From an uncultured Gemmatimonadaceae bacterium (GTDB lineage Bacteria; Gemmatimonadota; Gemmatimonadetes; Gemmatimonadales; Gemmatimonadaceae), in the NCBI GenBank assembly GCA_963829055.1, contig CAWHHI010000006.1:416001-480000 (forward strand): a stretch of DNA of 64,000 nucleotides, in the 5' to 3' direction. Every line of letters begins with the position of its first letter. Position 1 is the stretch's first letter. The position numbers and the translations under genes were made by a program. Shown in pieces: positions 42,534 to 53,413 of the stretch. The notes beneath the pieces are model-generated. The model had not been told where the DNA came from, made no database searches, and worked only from the letters and a program-made list of their open reading frames with translations.

Positions 42534-44151
42534 CGAAGACACTCGACGCGATCGTCATCGGCGCCGGCTCGAACGGCCTCGCCGCGGCCGCAACGTTAGG
42601 CAGGGCGGGGCGCCGTGTCCTCGTGCTCGACTCGAGCGGACCGGCTCGGAGGCGTCGTCACGCACCGTCGAGTTTGCGCCCGGCTTCCACGCGGCGCCGC
42701 TCGGACTCGACGCCGGGTGGCTCCCGCCCGCCGTCGCGCGTGGCATCGGCATGGGCATCGGCGACCTCGCCGACACGGAGCCGGCGATTGGCGCCACCGT
42801 GGCGAGCGCCAGCGGCGAGCTCATCGCGCTGCCGTGCGACGCCCGTCAGGCCGCGGATCGCATTCGCGGTCTCTCGTCGACGCGACGCCGGCCGCTGGCC
42901 GGACTTCGTCGCGCGACTCCGCGCACTCGCCGGCTTTCTCGAGGCGATGTACCAGCTACCGCCTCCGGACCTCGACGCCAGCCTGTCGTTCGGCGAGGTC
43001 GCTCCGCTGCTCGGGCTCGGCCGCAAGTTTCGCTCGTTAGGCCGCGACGACATGACGGAGCTGCTGCGCGTGCTGCCGATGTCGGTCCAGGACCTGGTCG
43101 ACGAGTGGTTCGAGCACGAGGCGCTCAAGGCGGCCATCGCCGCCGGCGGCGTGCGCGACATCCGGCAGGGACCGCGGTCGGGCGGAACGTCGTTCGTGCT
43201 GCTGCACCATCTCGTCGGCGCGCCGCCGGGCTCGGTGCGCGCGCGCGGCTGGTGGCGCGACGGCCCGGACGCGTTCACCGTGACCGCTGAGGCGCTGGCG
43301 CGAAAAGCGGGCGTGGCGATCCGAACCGGCGCCGACGTTCACGCGAATCGTCGTGAAGGACGATGCGGTCACCGGCGTCGTGCTCGCGAACGGCGACGAG
43401 ATCACCGCGCCGATCGTGATCTCGACCGCCGATCCGGCACGCACGCTGCTCGGTATGGTCGATCCCGGTGTGGCTCGACCCCGAGTTCCTGCACGCCGTG
43501 CGGCAGATCAAGATCCGCGGGTGCACGGCGTTCGTGATGTACGCGCTCGACGGCTTGCCGGATGTCGCCGGGCTGCCCGACCCGAAGGCGGCGCTCGCCA
43601 GCATGGTGAGCCTCACGCCCACGACCGAGGCGCTCGAGCGGAGCTACGACGCCGCGAAGTACGGACGCGTGTCGGAACACCCGCACGTCGAGTTCACCAT
43701 CCCGTCGCTTCGCTGGCCGCGCCTCGCGCCCGAGGGCAAGCACGTGCTCGTCGCGCGGGCCCAGTACGCGCCCTATCGCCTTCGCGACGGCGCAACCTGG
43801 GACGCCGCTCGCTCGTCTGCACTCGCCGACTGTGTGACATCCGATCATCTGCCGCGTCATGCCGAAGCTCGCGAATCACGTCGTTGCGCGATCGGTGCTC
43901 ACGCCGGTCGATCTCGAGCGAACGTTCGGGTTGACCGAGGGCGCGCGTACGCAGGGCGAGATCACGCTCGACCAGATCCTGTTCATGCGTCCCGTGCGCC
44001 GGCTGGGGCCGTCACGCGATGCCGATCGACGGCCTGTATCTCGGCGGCGCGGGTGCGCATCCCGGGCCCGGCATTCTCGGTGCGTCCGGGTGGCTGGCTG
44101 CGCGGGCCGAAATGGCACGCGCGAGCGAAGATCAGCGACAGCGTAGCATGA
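42530..44151 (+). CDS. Phytoene-dehydrogenase-like FAD oxidoreductase 2 (frameshifted)
   Basis: DAIVIGAGSNGL, APEGKHVL, TPVDLERTFGLTEG and GAGAHPG. Confidence 0.85.
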
Positions 44152-44156
44152 CACGA

Positions 44157-45294
44157 TGACCACGCTTCTCATCGCAACGGTCATCGACACCTACCAGCAG
44201 CGGCGCGCGGACGATGCCCGGCGAGTACTACACCTCGCCGGCCATCCTCGCCGAGGAGACCGAGCGCATCTTCGCCCGCTCGTGGCACTGCGTCGGTCGC
44301 GCGAGCGCGCTCGCCGACGCGGGCGACTACGTCCTGCGCACCGATCGCCGGCGAGTCGCTGATCATTCTGCGCGACCGGAGCGGCGAGCTGCGCGCGTTC
44401 TTCAACGTCTGCCGCCATCGCGGCACGCGACTCTGCGAGGCGGCGTCGGGGCACTTCTCCGAGACGATCCAGTGCCCGTACCACGCGTGGACGTACACGA
44501 CCGACGGACGCCTGATCGGCGCGCCGCAGATGCAGGACGTCGAAGGCTTCGACAAGCGCGACTACCCGCTGCACTCGGCCGCCGCTCGCCGAGTGGGAGG
44601 GGTTCGTGTTCGTGAACGTCGCCACCGATCCCGAGCCGTTCGACGAGGTGTTCGCGCCGATGATCGGCCGCCTAACGCGGTTCGGTCTCGAGCGCGCTCG
44701 ACGGTCGGCCACTCGCGTCACCTACGAGGTCGACGCGAACTGGAAGCTCGTGTTCCAGAACTACTCGGAGTGCCTGCACTGCCCGATGATCCATCCCGAG
44801 CTGACGGCGGTGCTGCCGTATCAGAGCGGCGCGAACGATCTCACCGAGGGCCCGTTCCTCGGCGGCTACATGGAGATCATGGCGCCGCACGAGAGCGCGA
44901 CGATGAGCGGGCGCGCGTGCGGACGGCTCGTCGACGCCGGACTGCCGGCGGATGACCGGCGACGCGCGTTCTACTACTCGCTGATGCCGAACATGCTGCT
45001 CAGCATCCATCCCGACTACGCGAACTACTACGTCGTGACGCCGCTCGCGGCGGACCGCACGCGCGTGGAGTCGGAGTGGATGTTCAATCCCGACAGCGCG
45101 TCCGATCCGACGTTCAATCCCGACGACGCGATTCGCTTCTGGGACGTGACCAACTCGCCAGGACTGGCACATCGTCGAACAGAGCCAGCTGGGTATCACG
45201 CTCGCGGCGTTATGCGCCCGGACCCTATTCGCCGCGCGAGTCGATCCCGGCCGCGTGGGATCGTGAGTACCTGCGGCAGATGGGTCGGTCGTGA
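44157..45294 (+). CDS. Rieske ring-hydroxylating oxygenase alpha subunit (GbcA/choline monooxygenase-like; frameshifted)
   Basis: NVCRHRG...CPYHAW Rieske motif and [20 protein letters not shown] mononuclear iron site. Confidence 0.9.
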
Positions 45295-46878
45295 TGAGCC
45301 GATTGTCAGAGGGCAACGGCGCGAGCAACGGCTCGAAGACGCCGCACGTCGTGATCATTGGCGCGGGCCCGGCTGGGCTCACGGCCGCGTACGAGTTGGT
45401 GGAGCGGTACGGCATCACGTCGACGATCCTCGAGTCGGACTCGGTCGTCGGTGGCATCAGTCGCACCGTCGAGCGGGACGGGTGGCGCTTCGACATTGGC
45501 GGCCACCGCTTCTTCACGAAGGTGAAGGAGGTCGGAGTCGCTCTGGCACGAGATCCTGCCTGACGAGGATTTCATGCTGCGTCCGCGCATGAGCCGCATC
45601 TACTACAACGGCAAGTACTACGACTACCCGCTCAAGGCGTCGAACGCGCTCAAGAATCTGGGCCTCTGGGAAGCCGACGCTGTGCGTGATGTCCTACGCG
45701 TGGGCGCGCGTGAACCCACCGAAGGATCAGATCGACGCTCGAAGGGTGGATCGTGTCGCGATTCGGCTGGCGCCTCTACAAGCACTTCTTCAAGACGTAC
45801 AACGAGAAGCTGTGGGGCGTCCCGGTCAACAAGCTTCCGGCGGACTTCGCGGCGCAGCGCATCAAGAATCTCTCGCTGTGGAACGCGGTCGTGAACTCGC
45901 TCCTGCCGAAGAAGAACCAGAAGGCGATCACGTCGCTCATCGAGGAGTTCCAGTATCCGAAGCACGGCCCGGGCATGATGTGGGAGCGCGCTCGCGACCT
46001 CGTCGAGGCCAAGGGCTGCAAGGTCGTGATGAACACGCGCGTCGTCGGCGTGCGGCGCGAGAACGGCAAGGCGGTCGCGGTCGTTGGCCAGACGAAAGAC
46101 GGCACGCGCACGGAGTACCCGTGCAGCCACGTCATCTCGTCCATGCCGTTGTCGCAGCTCGTGATGGCGATGCAACCGCCGGCGAGCGAGCCCGCCGCGA
46201 AGGCCGCGAGCGATCTTCGCTATCGCGACTTCCTCACCGTCGCGCTCGTGGTGCCGGAGCAGTACAGCTTCCCCGACAACTGGATCTACGTCCACTCGAA
46301 GGACGTGCAGGTCGGGACGCATCCAGAACTTCGGCTCGTGGTCACCCTATATGGTGAAGGAGGGGCGCACGTGTCTGGGCCTCGAGTTCTTCGTGTTCGA
46401 GGGCGACGAGACGTGGAACAAGCCTGACGCGGAGCTCATCGAGCAGGGCAAGCGCGAGCTCGGCATCCTCAACCTCGTAGACCCCTCGAAGGTCGAAGCG
46501 GGCTACGTGGTTCGCATGCCGAAGGCGTATCCGTTCTACGACGAGTTCTACAAGGCGAACGTCGCGCGGATCATGGAGTGGATGAAGCGCGACGCGTCGA
46601 ACGTGTTCCCGGTCGGGCGGAACGGCATGCACCGGTACAACAACCAGGATCACTCGATGTACACCGCGATGCTGACGGCCGAGAATATCGCGCTAGGCAC
46701 GCAGCACGACGTGTGGAGCGTGAACGTCGAGGAGGAGTACCACGAGGAAGCGGCGAAGACGGGTGACGACTCCCGCCGCGGCACGCGCGGGACGGGTCGT
46801 GACGCGCCGGTGATCCCGCGTGCGCACTACGGCCCGGATCATCCGGTCAACAAGCCGGCGAAAACGTCGAGGCCGTAG
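45294..46878 (+). CDS. FAD-dependent oxidoreductase (protoporphyrinogen oxidase/UDP-galactopyranose mutase-like; frameshifted)
   Basis: [31 protein letters not shown] and [15 protein letters not shown]. Confidence 0.88.
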
Positions 46879-46879
46879 G

Positions 46880-47124
46880 AAGGAGGCCTTGCGGGCAGGC
46901 CGTAGGAAGGAGGCCTGAGGAAGGAGGCGGAGGCGGAGGGCGGACGGCGGACGGCGGAAAAAAGCGGTGTCATCCCGAGCGGCAGCGAGGGATCTCCTGT
47001 GAAGTGCCATCGTGGCCAGACTTGCCACGATGCGACCACGAGAAGATCCCTCGTCGCTAGCGCTCGCTCGGGATGACAACATCCGCTCCTCCGCCATCCG
47101 GCCGTCCGCCCTCCGGCCTCCGCC
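46880..47124. repeat. REP-like element class A (core 46968-47078) with GGCGGAC/GGCGGAG flanks between convergent genes
   Basis: TGTCATCCCGAGC...GTGGCCAGACTTGCCACG...GCTCGGGATGACA. The purine-rich left flank is mirrored by a pyrimidine-rich right flank. Confidence 0.85.
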
Positions 47125-49674
47125 TCACCAGAACTTTTTCGCCAGTCGGACCTTGTGCAGCTGCCAGCCGCCGGAGACCGGGACGCCGATGCCGACGAAG
47201 GTGCCCGACCGCACGCGGTCGAAGCCGGCGTCGCTGCTCCAGCGGAAGTCGATGCTCGCCGTGATCGTCGGCGGATTCGTTGACGCATCGACGCTCGTCG
47301 ACCTGACCACCGCGCGCGGATTGTAGTCGCGCACGAACACCAGGAAATCCTGCCATAGCGTGACCGCGGCGGCGTCCGTCGGCTGCGAGTAGGCGGCCGT
47401 GATGCGCGAGTACGTGCGGGCACTGATCGCGCCGGCGAACTCCTTGTACAGCCCCGCCGCGACTTCACGCGGCGCCGCAGGAATACGCTCGGCGCTGTCG
47501 CGCGCGGCCGCCGGCGGATTGGCTGGTGGTGGTGTGGTCGCCGTCGACGCCGTTGGCGCTGCCGCCGTGGCGCGCGACGCAGGATATCCGGCCGTGGAGT
47601 CGACCCGATTCGTCGTTAGGCGGACGGAGTCCGGCCGAAGGATGGGAACGGTCGGCGGAGTCGCCGGCGGCGTCGACGGCTGACCCGTTGACGCCGACGC
47701 ACTGGCGCCCGTGCCGGTTGCTGCTGGCGCTCGCACGACGGGAGTCGTCGGCCCACGCTGCACGGCGGCAGGCGCGGCTGGCTTGGGCGGAACAGGCCTG
47801 GGTGTGATGGCCGCGCCGGCCAGTGGCGCAGGCGAGACGTTCGTTCCGCTGCCGGCGGCTGGCGGGGTGATCGCCGTGCTGGTCGCCGGCGAACGTGGCG
47901 GTGCTGGCGCCGTTGCCGGTAGCGGCGCGGGCGATGGCGAGGGTGATTCAGTTGTCGGCGCGCCAGCATCGCGAACGTCGGTGACGCCACCACCCGATCG
48001 AGCGCCGCGGATGACCGCCGCGACGACGACGCCAGCCGCGAGCACACCCACCCACCACCGCGCTTGCGGACGTCGTGCGCTCGACCCCGCGGCCGGTTCG
48101 CGCGACACAATCGCTGGGCGCGGTGCTGGTGCTGGTTTGGCGGCGACAGGCTCCGTGACGGGATCGTCGTCCCGTACCCGGGTTCCCGTGGCCGGCGGCC
48201 CCGGCACCGGCGTACTCACCGCCGCGGCTGCCGCCGACACCTGTACGACGCACACCGCGCGTTTGCCACGCCACGCACACGCGATCTCGGCCAGCCCCGG
48301 CGCGACCGCGGTCACGAATCCGTCTCGCGACACCTTCGCCACCGCGGGATTGCTGCTCTGCCATTCGATCGACGCGATGTCGCTCGACCCGCCGTCGGCC
48401 TCGAGCTCCACGATCAGCTCTACAGAGTCGCCCGTCGCCAGCTCGATCCGCTGCTGCGAAAGCGTCAGCGGCGGGGCGGCGACCGGACCGACGTTAGGCG
48501 CGGCCGTGTGCGCATCCGACGGAGCGCTGACGTCACTCGTGGACACGGTCGCTCGCACCGGATCCGTCGTGGCGTCACCAGCCGCCGCTGGGCCTGGCCC
48601 GATCGGAACGGGACTCGCGGGAGTCGTTGGCAGCGTCTTGTCGCGCCGGCCGGGAGCCTCGCGCACGAGCGCGACGAGCGTCGCCCGCGCGGCGTTCGCG
48701 GTCGCCGGTTCGTCGGCCAGCGCGTGCGCCACGTCGTGCAGCGTCGGCCAGCGGTCTGCCGGCGCCTTCGCCATCATCCGCAACACCAGCGCGTCGAGCT
48801 CCGGCGGGCAGTCGGGACGCAACGTCCGGACGGACGGCGGGCCCGCCGTCGCGTGAGCCCACTGCATCTCCAGCGCCGACCCGCGGAACGGCGTCTTGCC
48901 CGTGAGGAGCTCATACGCGACGACGCCTAACGAATACTGATCCGAGGCCGGCGCCACGCCCTGCGCGAGACACTGCTCCGGGCTCATGTACGCCGGCGTG
49001 CCGATCACGAGACCGGTGCGCGTGAGGTTCGCGTCGTCCGCCGCCTTCGCGATGCCGAAGTCCATGACCACCACGTTGCCGCGGCGATCAACCATGATGT
49101 TCGCTGGCTTCACGTCCCGGTGAACCACGCCCTCGCCATGCGCGTACGACAGCGCCTCGGCCACGTAGCGCACGACGTAACGCACTACCGGGATCGACAG
49201 TGGCCCGGCGACCTTCGCGATGGAGCTCAGCGGCTCGCCTTCCACGAGCTTCATCACGATGTACAGGAGGTCGTTCGCCTCCCGCACGCTGTGAATCACC
49301 AGGATGTTCGGATGATCGAGCTTCGCCGCGATGCGCGCCTCGTGCTTGAAGCGCCGATCCATCCCTTCGGTGTACAGCAGCTCCGGCAGCAGCGCCTTGA
49401 TGGCGACCTTGCGGTTGAGCGACAGGTCGTGGGCGAGGAAGACGACCGCCATGCCGCCACGCCCGATCTCACCGGCGACGTCGTATTCGCCAATGGTGGC
49501 GGAGCGGAGCGCCGTCAGGATCCGATCGACGTGCGGCCGGTGCGATCCCGTCGTGTCCGCCGTCGGCGTGGCATTCTCCCCATCGAGTCGCGCACCACAG
49601 AAGCCGCAGAACCGATCGTCTGCGGTTGCGGGTCTTCCGCACGTGCTACAACGCATTTCAGTGGGAACTGCCAT
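47125..49674 (-). CDS. Ser/Thr protein kinase with N-terminal zinc ribbon, Ig-like (Big_2) domain, TM and Pro-rich linker
   Basis: CSTCG..FCGFCG, IGRGGMAVV, HRDVKPAN, DFG, GTPAYMSPEQ and WQSSNPAVAKVS.DG.VTAVAPG. The ORF is intact. Confidence 0.92.
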   Translation of the reverse strand: MAVPTEMRCSTCGRPATADDRFCGFCGARLDGENATPTADTTGSHRPHVDRILTALRSATIGEYDVAGEIGRGGMAVVFLAHDLSLNRKVAIKALLPELLYTEGMDRRFKHEARIAAKLDHPNILVIHSVREANDLLYIVMKLVEGEPLSSIAKVAGPLSIPVVRYVVRYVAEALSYAHGEGVVHRDVKPANIMVDRRGNVVVMDFGIAKAADDANLTRTGLVIGTPAYMSPEQCLAQGVAPASDQYSLGVVAYELLTGKTPFRGSALEMQWAHATAGPPSVRTLRPDCPPELDALVLRMMAKAPADRWPTLHDVAHALADEPATANAARATLVALVREAPGRRDKTLPTTPASPVPIGPGPAAAGDATTDPVRATVSTSDVSAPSDAHTAAPNVGPVAAPPLTLSQQRIELATGDSVELIVELEADGGSSDIASIEWQSSNPAVAKVSRDGFVTAVAPGLAEIACAWRGKRAVCVVQVSAAAAAVSTPVPGPPATGTRVRDDDPVTEPVAAKPAPAPRPAIVSREPAAGSSARRPQARWWVGVLAAGVVVAAVIRGARSGGGVTDVRDAGAPTTESPSPSPAPLPATAPAPPRSPATSTAITPPAAGSGTNVSPAPLAGAAITPRPVPPKPAAPAAVQRGPTTPVVRAPAATGTGASASASTGQPSTPPATPPTVPILRPDSVRLTTNRVDSTAGYPASRATAAAPTASTATTPPPANPPAAARDSAERIPAAPREVAAGLYKEFAGAISARTYSRITAAYSQPTDAAAVTLWQDFLVFVRDYNPRAVVRSTSVDASTNPPTITASIDFRWSSDAGFDRVRSGTFVGIGVPVSGGWQLHKVRLAKKFW

Positions 49675-49728
49675 CGTCGCGAGGCGCGGTGCTCGGGGAG
49701 CGGGTCGGGACCGACAAAGGTGTAGGAC

Positions 49729-50199
49729 TCAGTCCTTTCGCGCTACGACGCTGATCGCGCCGTTGTTCTCCAGGACTGCGTACTGCACGTCTTCGACGCA
49801 GCCACATCCGGCCTGGCGAAGGGCGGCGTTCAACTCGTGGTGCGTGACCTTGGCGCGACCCATCATCTGGTCGTACAGCTTGCCGTTGTGGATCAAGACC
49901 AGCGGATGCCCCTCGATGAACGCCTCGGCTCTCTTGCTCCGGGACGTCACCACGGAGACGATCGAGTTCAGGGCGACAAGCACCGTGGCCGAGAGCAGTC
50001 CCCCGAACACGGAGTTGTCGCCGCCGTTCAACGCGTTCTGCACCGCGTTGGAGAGCATCAGCAGCAGCACGAGATCGAACGGTGCCAGCTGCCCGATTTG
50101 CCGCTTGCCAGTGAATCGAAGCAACAGCAGGACGAGGGCGTAGACAACGATCGCCCGAACCACCAGCTGCTCGAGGACGAGAGGGCTCGGAAACCACAT
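49729..50199 (-). CDS. DUF421/YetF membrane protein
   Basis: LLRFTGKRQIGQLAPFDLVLLL and AVLENNGAISV. Confidence 0.9.
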   Translation of the reverse strand: MWFPSPLVLEQLVVRAIVVYALVLLLLRFTGKRQIGQLAPFDLVLLLMLSNAVQNALNGGDNSVFGGLLSATVLVALNSIVSVVTSRSKRAEAFIEGHPLVLIHNGKLYDQMMGRAKVTHHELNAALRQAGCGCVEDVQYAVLENNGAISVVARKD

Positions 50200-50336
50200 A
50201 GTCGCACCTTCTTCCGGTAGGAGCGAGACTGCGATGCCAGTGAACATGTACTGGTATTTCAGGACGGCGGCGAATCGGTCACGGTGAATTTGGCACTCTT
50301 GCCGGCTCCGGCTCGCAGGTGGATAAATGCCGGGAG

Positions 50337-50371
50337 TTGACAATGAGTGTTAGAACAGCTAATGTCATAAC
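50337..50371 (+). promoter_or_regulatory. Sigma70-type promoter of marR (likely leaderless) overlapping candidate operator palindromes
   Basis: TTGACA (50337-42), 17 nt, TAATGT (50360-65), 6 nt, then ATG. TGTTAGAACA and TGTCATAACA overlap it. Confidence 0.7.
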
Positions 50372-50836
50372 ATGTCCAGTCGACTCCAGTCCGAGATCAA
50401 GCAGACCAAGCCGTTCGCCACGTTGGAGCATGAGGCGATGCTTGGGCTGATGCGGACAGCCGCCATTGTCGACCACGCTACGGACGAGATGCTTCGGCCG
50501 TACGGGCTCACCGGCACGCAGTTCAACGTGCTGCGCATCCTTCGGGGTGCTGGCCAGCAAGGGCTCTGCGGACGTGAGATCGGCGAACGCATGATCACCA
50601 AGGTACCGGATGTCCCGCGGTTGCTCGACCGGTTGGAGAAAGCCGAACTGATCACTCGCGAGCGGGATCCCAACGATCGGCGTCATGTGACGGCTCGTAT
50701 CACGGCGAAGGGTCGGCAGATTCTCGAGGACGTCGGGGCAGCGCCTTCCAATCCGATCGAGAAGCGGTTCAGTCAGCTCGGGCAGGAACAGTTGCAGGTG
50801 CTCATCGAAGCGTTGGATCTGATTCGACAGGGGTAA
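50372..50836 (+). CDS. MarR-family transcriptional regulator
   Basis: YGLTGTQFNVLRIL, VPDVPRLLDRLE and DRRHVTARIT.KG. Confidence 0.93.
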   Translation: MSSRLQSEIKQTKPFATLEHEAMLGLMRTAAIVDHATDEMLRPYGLTGTQFNVLRILRGAGQQGLCGREIGERMITKVPDVPRLLDRLEKAELITRERDPNDRRHVTARITAKGRQILEDVGAAPSNPIEKRFSQLGQEQLQVLIEALDLIRQG

Positions 50837-50905
50837 GCCCCCTTTTTTACATATATAGATGTTATAACGCTGGTTGTTATCACTTCTACTGGGAGACTAC
50901 GACCA

Positions 50906-51449
50906 TGTCGACTCACTTCAACTTCAACTCACGGCCTTCAGCGCTGGTCTGCTTGCGCTGCGGCTTGTCCTCGGTCTCGGGATGGCCGCGCACGGATCGC
51001 AGAAGCTCTTCGGCTGGTTCGGCGGACACGGTCTCGCCGGCACTGGCGGCTTCTTCGAGATGATCGGCTTTCGTCCTGGCCGATTGTTCGCCATGGCGGC
51101 GGGCGTAACGGAGATCGCCAGCGGGCTGCTCATCGCTCTCGGCTTCCTCGGCCCGATCGGCCCGGCGTTGATGCTGTCGGTCATGATCGTCGCCGCGATC
51201 ACGGTGCACTGGAAGAACGGCTACTTCGCGCAGGCCAACGGCATCGAGCTGACGGTGATGTTCGCGGTCGGTGCGGTGGCGCTCGCGTTCACGGGCTTCG
51301 GCGAGTTCTCGCTCGATGCAGTGACGGGTCTTGCCGGGTACTTCACGACAACCGAGACGATCGCGGCGTTGGTCCTTGGCGCGGCGGGCGCGGTCGGCAA
51401 CCTCGCGATGCGTCGCGGTCACGACACCGTGGTCAGCCCGCAGTCGTAA
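50906..51449 (+). CDS. DoxX-family membrane protein (5' frameshift)
   Basis: LRLVLGLGMAAHGSQKLFGWFGG, VHWKNG and GEFSLD. GGGAG RBS before the ATG at 50906. Confidence 0.9.
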
Positions 51450-51458
51450 TAGCTCGGC

Positions 51459-51568
51459 TGTCATCCCGAGGAGTGAAACGACGAGGGACCTTCTGTGAAT
51501 TCAGTGTGGCCGGACTGGCTACGATGATCTCACAGAAGGTCCCTCGTTGCTTCACTCGAGGCGATGAC
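51459..51568. repeat. REP-like element class A
   Basis: TGTCATCCCGAG..GAGGGACCTTCTGTG..GTGGCCGGACTGGCTACG..CACAGAAGGTCCCTC..GATGAC. Confidence 0.8.
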
Positions 51569-51684
51569 TGCCTGACAAGAAGCCGAGGGAGCGGCATCTT
51601 CCCGCGCGAAGGTCCTGGATCGAGAATGCATTCGAGAATGTATTCTCCCTGTCTGCTGACCACGGCGGCCCTTCCCGTAACCCC

Positions 51685-53274
51685 ATGCCAATGACTCGTC
51701 GCGTACCGACGCCGGTGCTCACGCTGCTCCCCTTGCTCATCACACTCGCGCCTGCCAACCCGTTGCTCGCGCAGCGGGCGCCGCTCGCGAACCGCATCCA
51801 GCGCGTGATGGATCGTCCCGAGTTCGCGCATGCGATGTGGGGCATGCAGTTCGTCTCGCTCGACTCCGGCGGTCGCGTCGTCTACGCGCTCAACGAGAAC
51901 AAGCTGTTCACGCCCGGCTCGACCACGAAGCTCGTCACGGAAGGCACGGCCATGGGCGTCCTCGGTGCCGATCACCGTTTCACGACGCGCGTCTACCGGA
52001 CAGGTCCGGTGCGCGCCGGTGTCCTCGAGGGTGATCTCGTCCTGCTCGCGAGCGGCGATCCGAATCTCTCGGCGCGGCTCAAGCCGGATGGAACGCTCGC
52101 GTTCGAGAACGAGGACCACTCCTACGATGCGGATCCGAACACGCGGGCCGTTCCCGGCGACCCGCTTCAGGTGCTTCGCTCGCTCGCAAAGCAGGTTCGC
52201 GAGCACGGGCATCACCCGCGTGAGCGGTTCGGTGATCGTCGACGCGTCGCTCTTTGCCGAGGGTGAGCGCGAGTTAGGCACCGGCGTCGTGATCTCGCCG
52301 ATCGTCGTGAACGACAATCTCGTAGACGTCACCATCGGTCCGGCGGCAAACGGTGAGGGCGCGGCGTCGCTCGCGGTGTCGCCGAAGACGAGCTACGTCC
52401 GCTTCATCAATCAGGTGAAGACCGCGCCTGCCGGCACGCGCCCGTCCATTCGCTGGTCCTCCGATTCACTGCTCCCTGACGGCAGCCACATCGTCGTCGC
52501 GAGTGGCGTGTTTCCGAAGGGCACCGCACCGATCCTCTACAGCTATGCGGTCCCGCAGCCCAGTCGTTTCGCCGAGGTGACGCTGGCCGAGGTGCTGCGT
52601 GATGCGGGCGTGGCGGCGCAACCGCGGCGGTACGCAACGAAGCCTGCGTTCGTGCGGCTCCGGTCATCGTACGGACCGGCCAACACGATTGCGGAACACC
52701 AGTCGGCGACGTTCGGCAACGAGGTGCGGGTCACGCTCAAGGTGAGCCAGAACCTGCACGCGAGCATGACTCCGTTTCTCCTCGGCGCCCTGCGCGGAAA
52801 GGACAGCAGTACGACCGGCTTTGACGTCGAGCGCGATTTCCTCACGTCGCTCGGCCTCGACCTCTCGGGTGCGCAGCAGGCGGACGGCGCGGGAGGCGAC
52901 GCGCACTACACGCCGACGTTCATGACGAGCTATCTCAGCGGCGATGGCGAAGCGGCCGGACATGCCGACATTCCTCGCGGCGCTCCCGATCCTCGGACGC
53001 GACGGTACGCTGTTCGACATCCAGGACAGAATCGCCGGCTGCCGGGCACGTGTTCGCGAAGACCGGCACGTTCGCGGTGGACGACCCGCTCAACCGTCGT
53101 CTGCTGGTCACGGGGAAAGGGCTCGCCGGCTATATGACGACGGCGCAGGGCGAGCGGCTCGCGTTCGCGATCTACGTGAACAACGTGTCGGTGTCCACGG
53201 CGCCTGACGAGGTCAAGCGCGTGGTTGGCCAGGCGCTGGGTGAGATCGCGGCCCTCGCGTACGAGGGGCGTTAG
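51685..53274 (+). CDS. dacB: D-alanyl-D-alanine carboxypeptidase/endopeptidase (peptidase S13, PBP4-like; frameshifted)
   Basis: PGSTTK (SxxK), ASGDPNL, SQN and AKTGT. Confidence 0.88.
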
Positions 53275-53282
53275 GCGCGACG

Positions 53283-53413
53283 TGTCATTCCGAGCGGAGG
53301 CCGCAGGCCGCAGTCGAGGAATCGCGCGTACCGGCAGAGGGCCGTCGCCCGCCTCGCGACCCGACTCGTCGCTCGTGGCGGGCGGACTGCCTGCTCTGCG
53401 CGCTCGGAATGAC
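53283..53413. repeat. REP-like element class B
   Basis: TGTCATTCCGAGCGGAGGCC..GTCGAGGAATCG...CGCTCGGAATGAC. Confidence 0.75.

Noticed and set aside
40912..44151. Carotenoid biosynthesis (crtI) genes
   Set aside because: The context is GcvT-like and Rieske genes, with no crtB, crtE or crtY.
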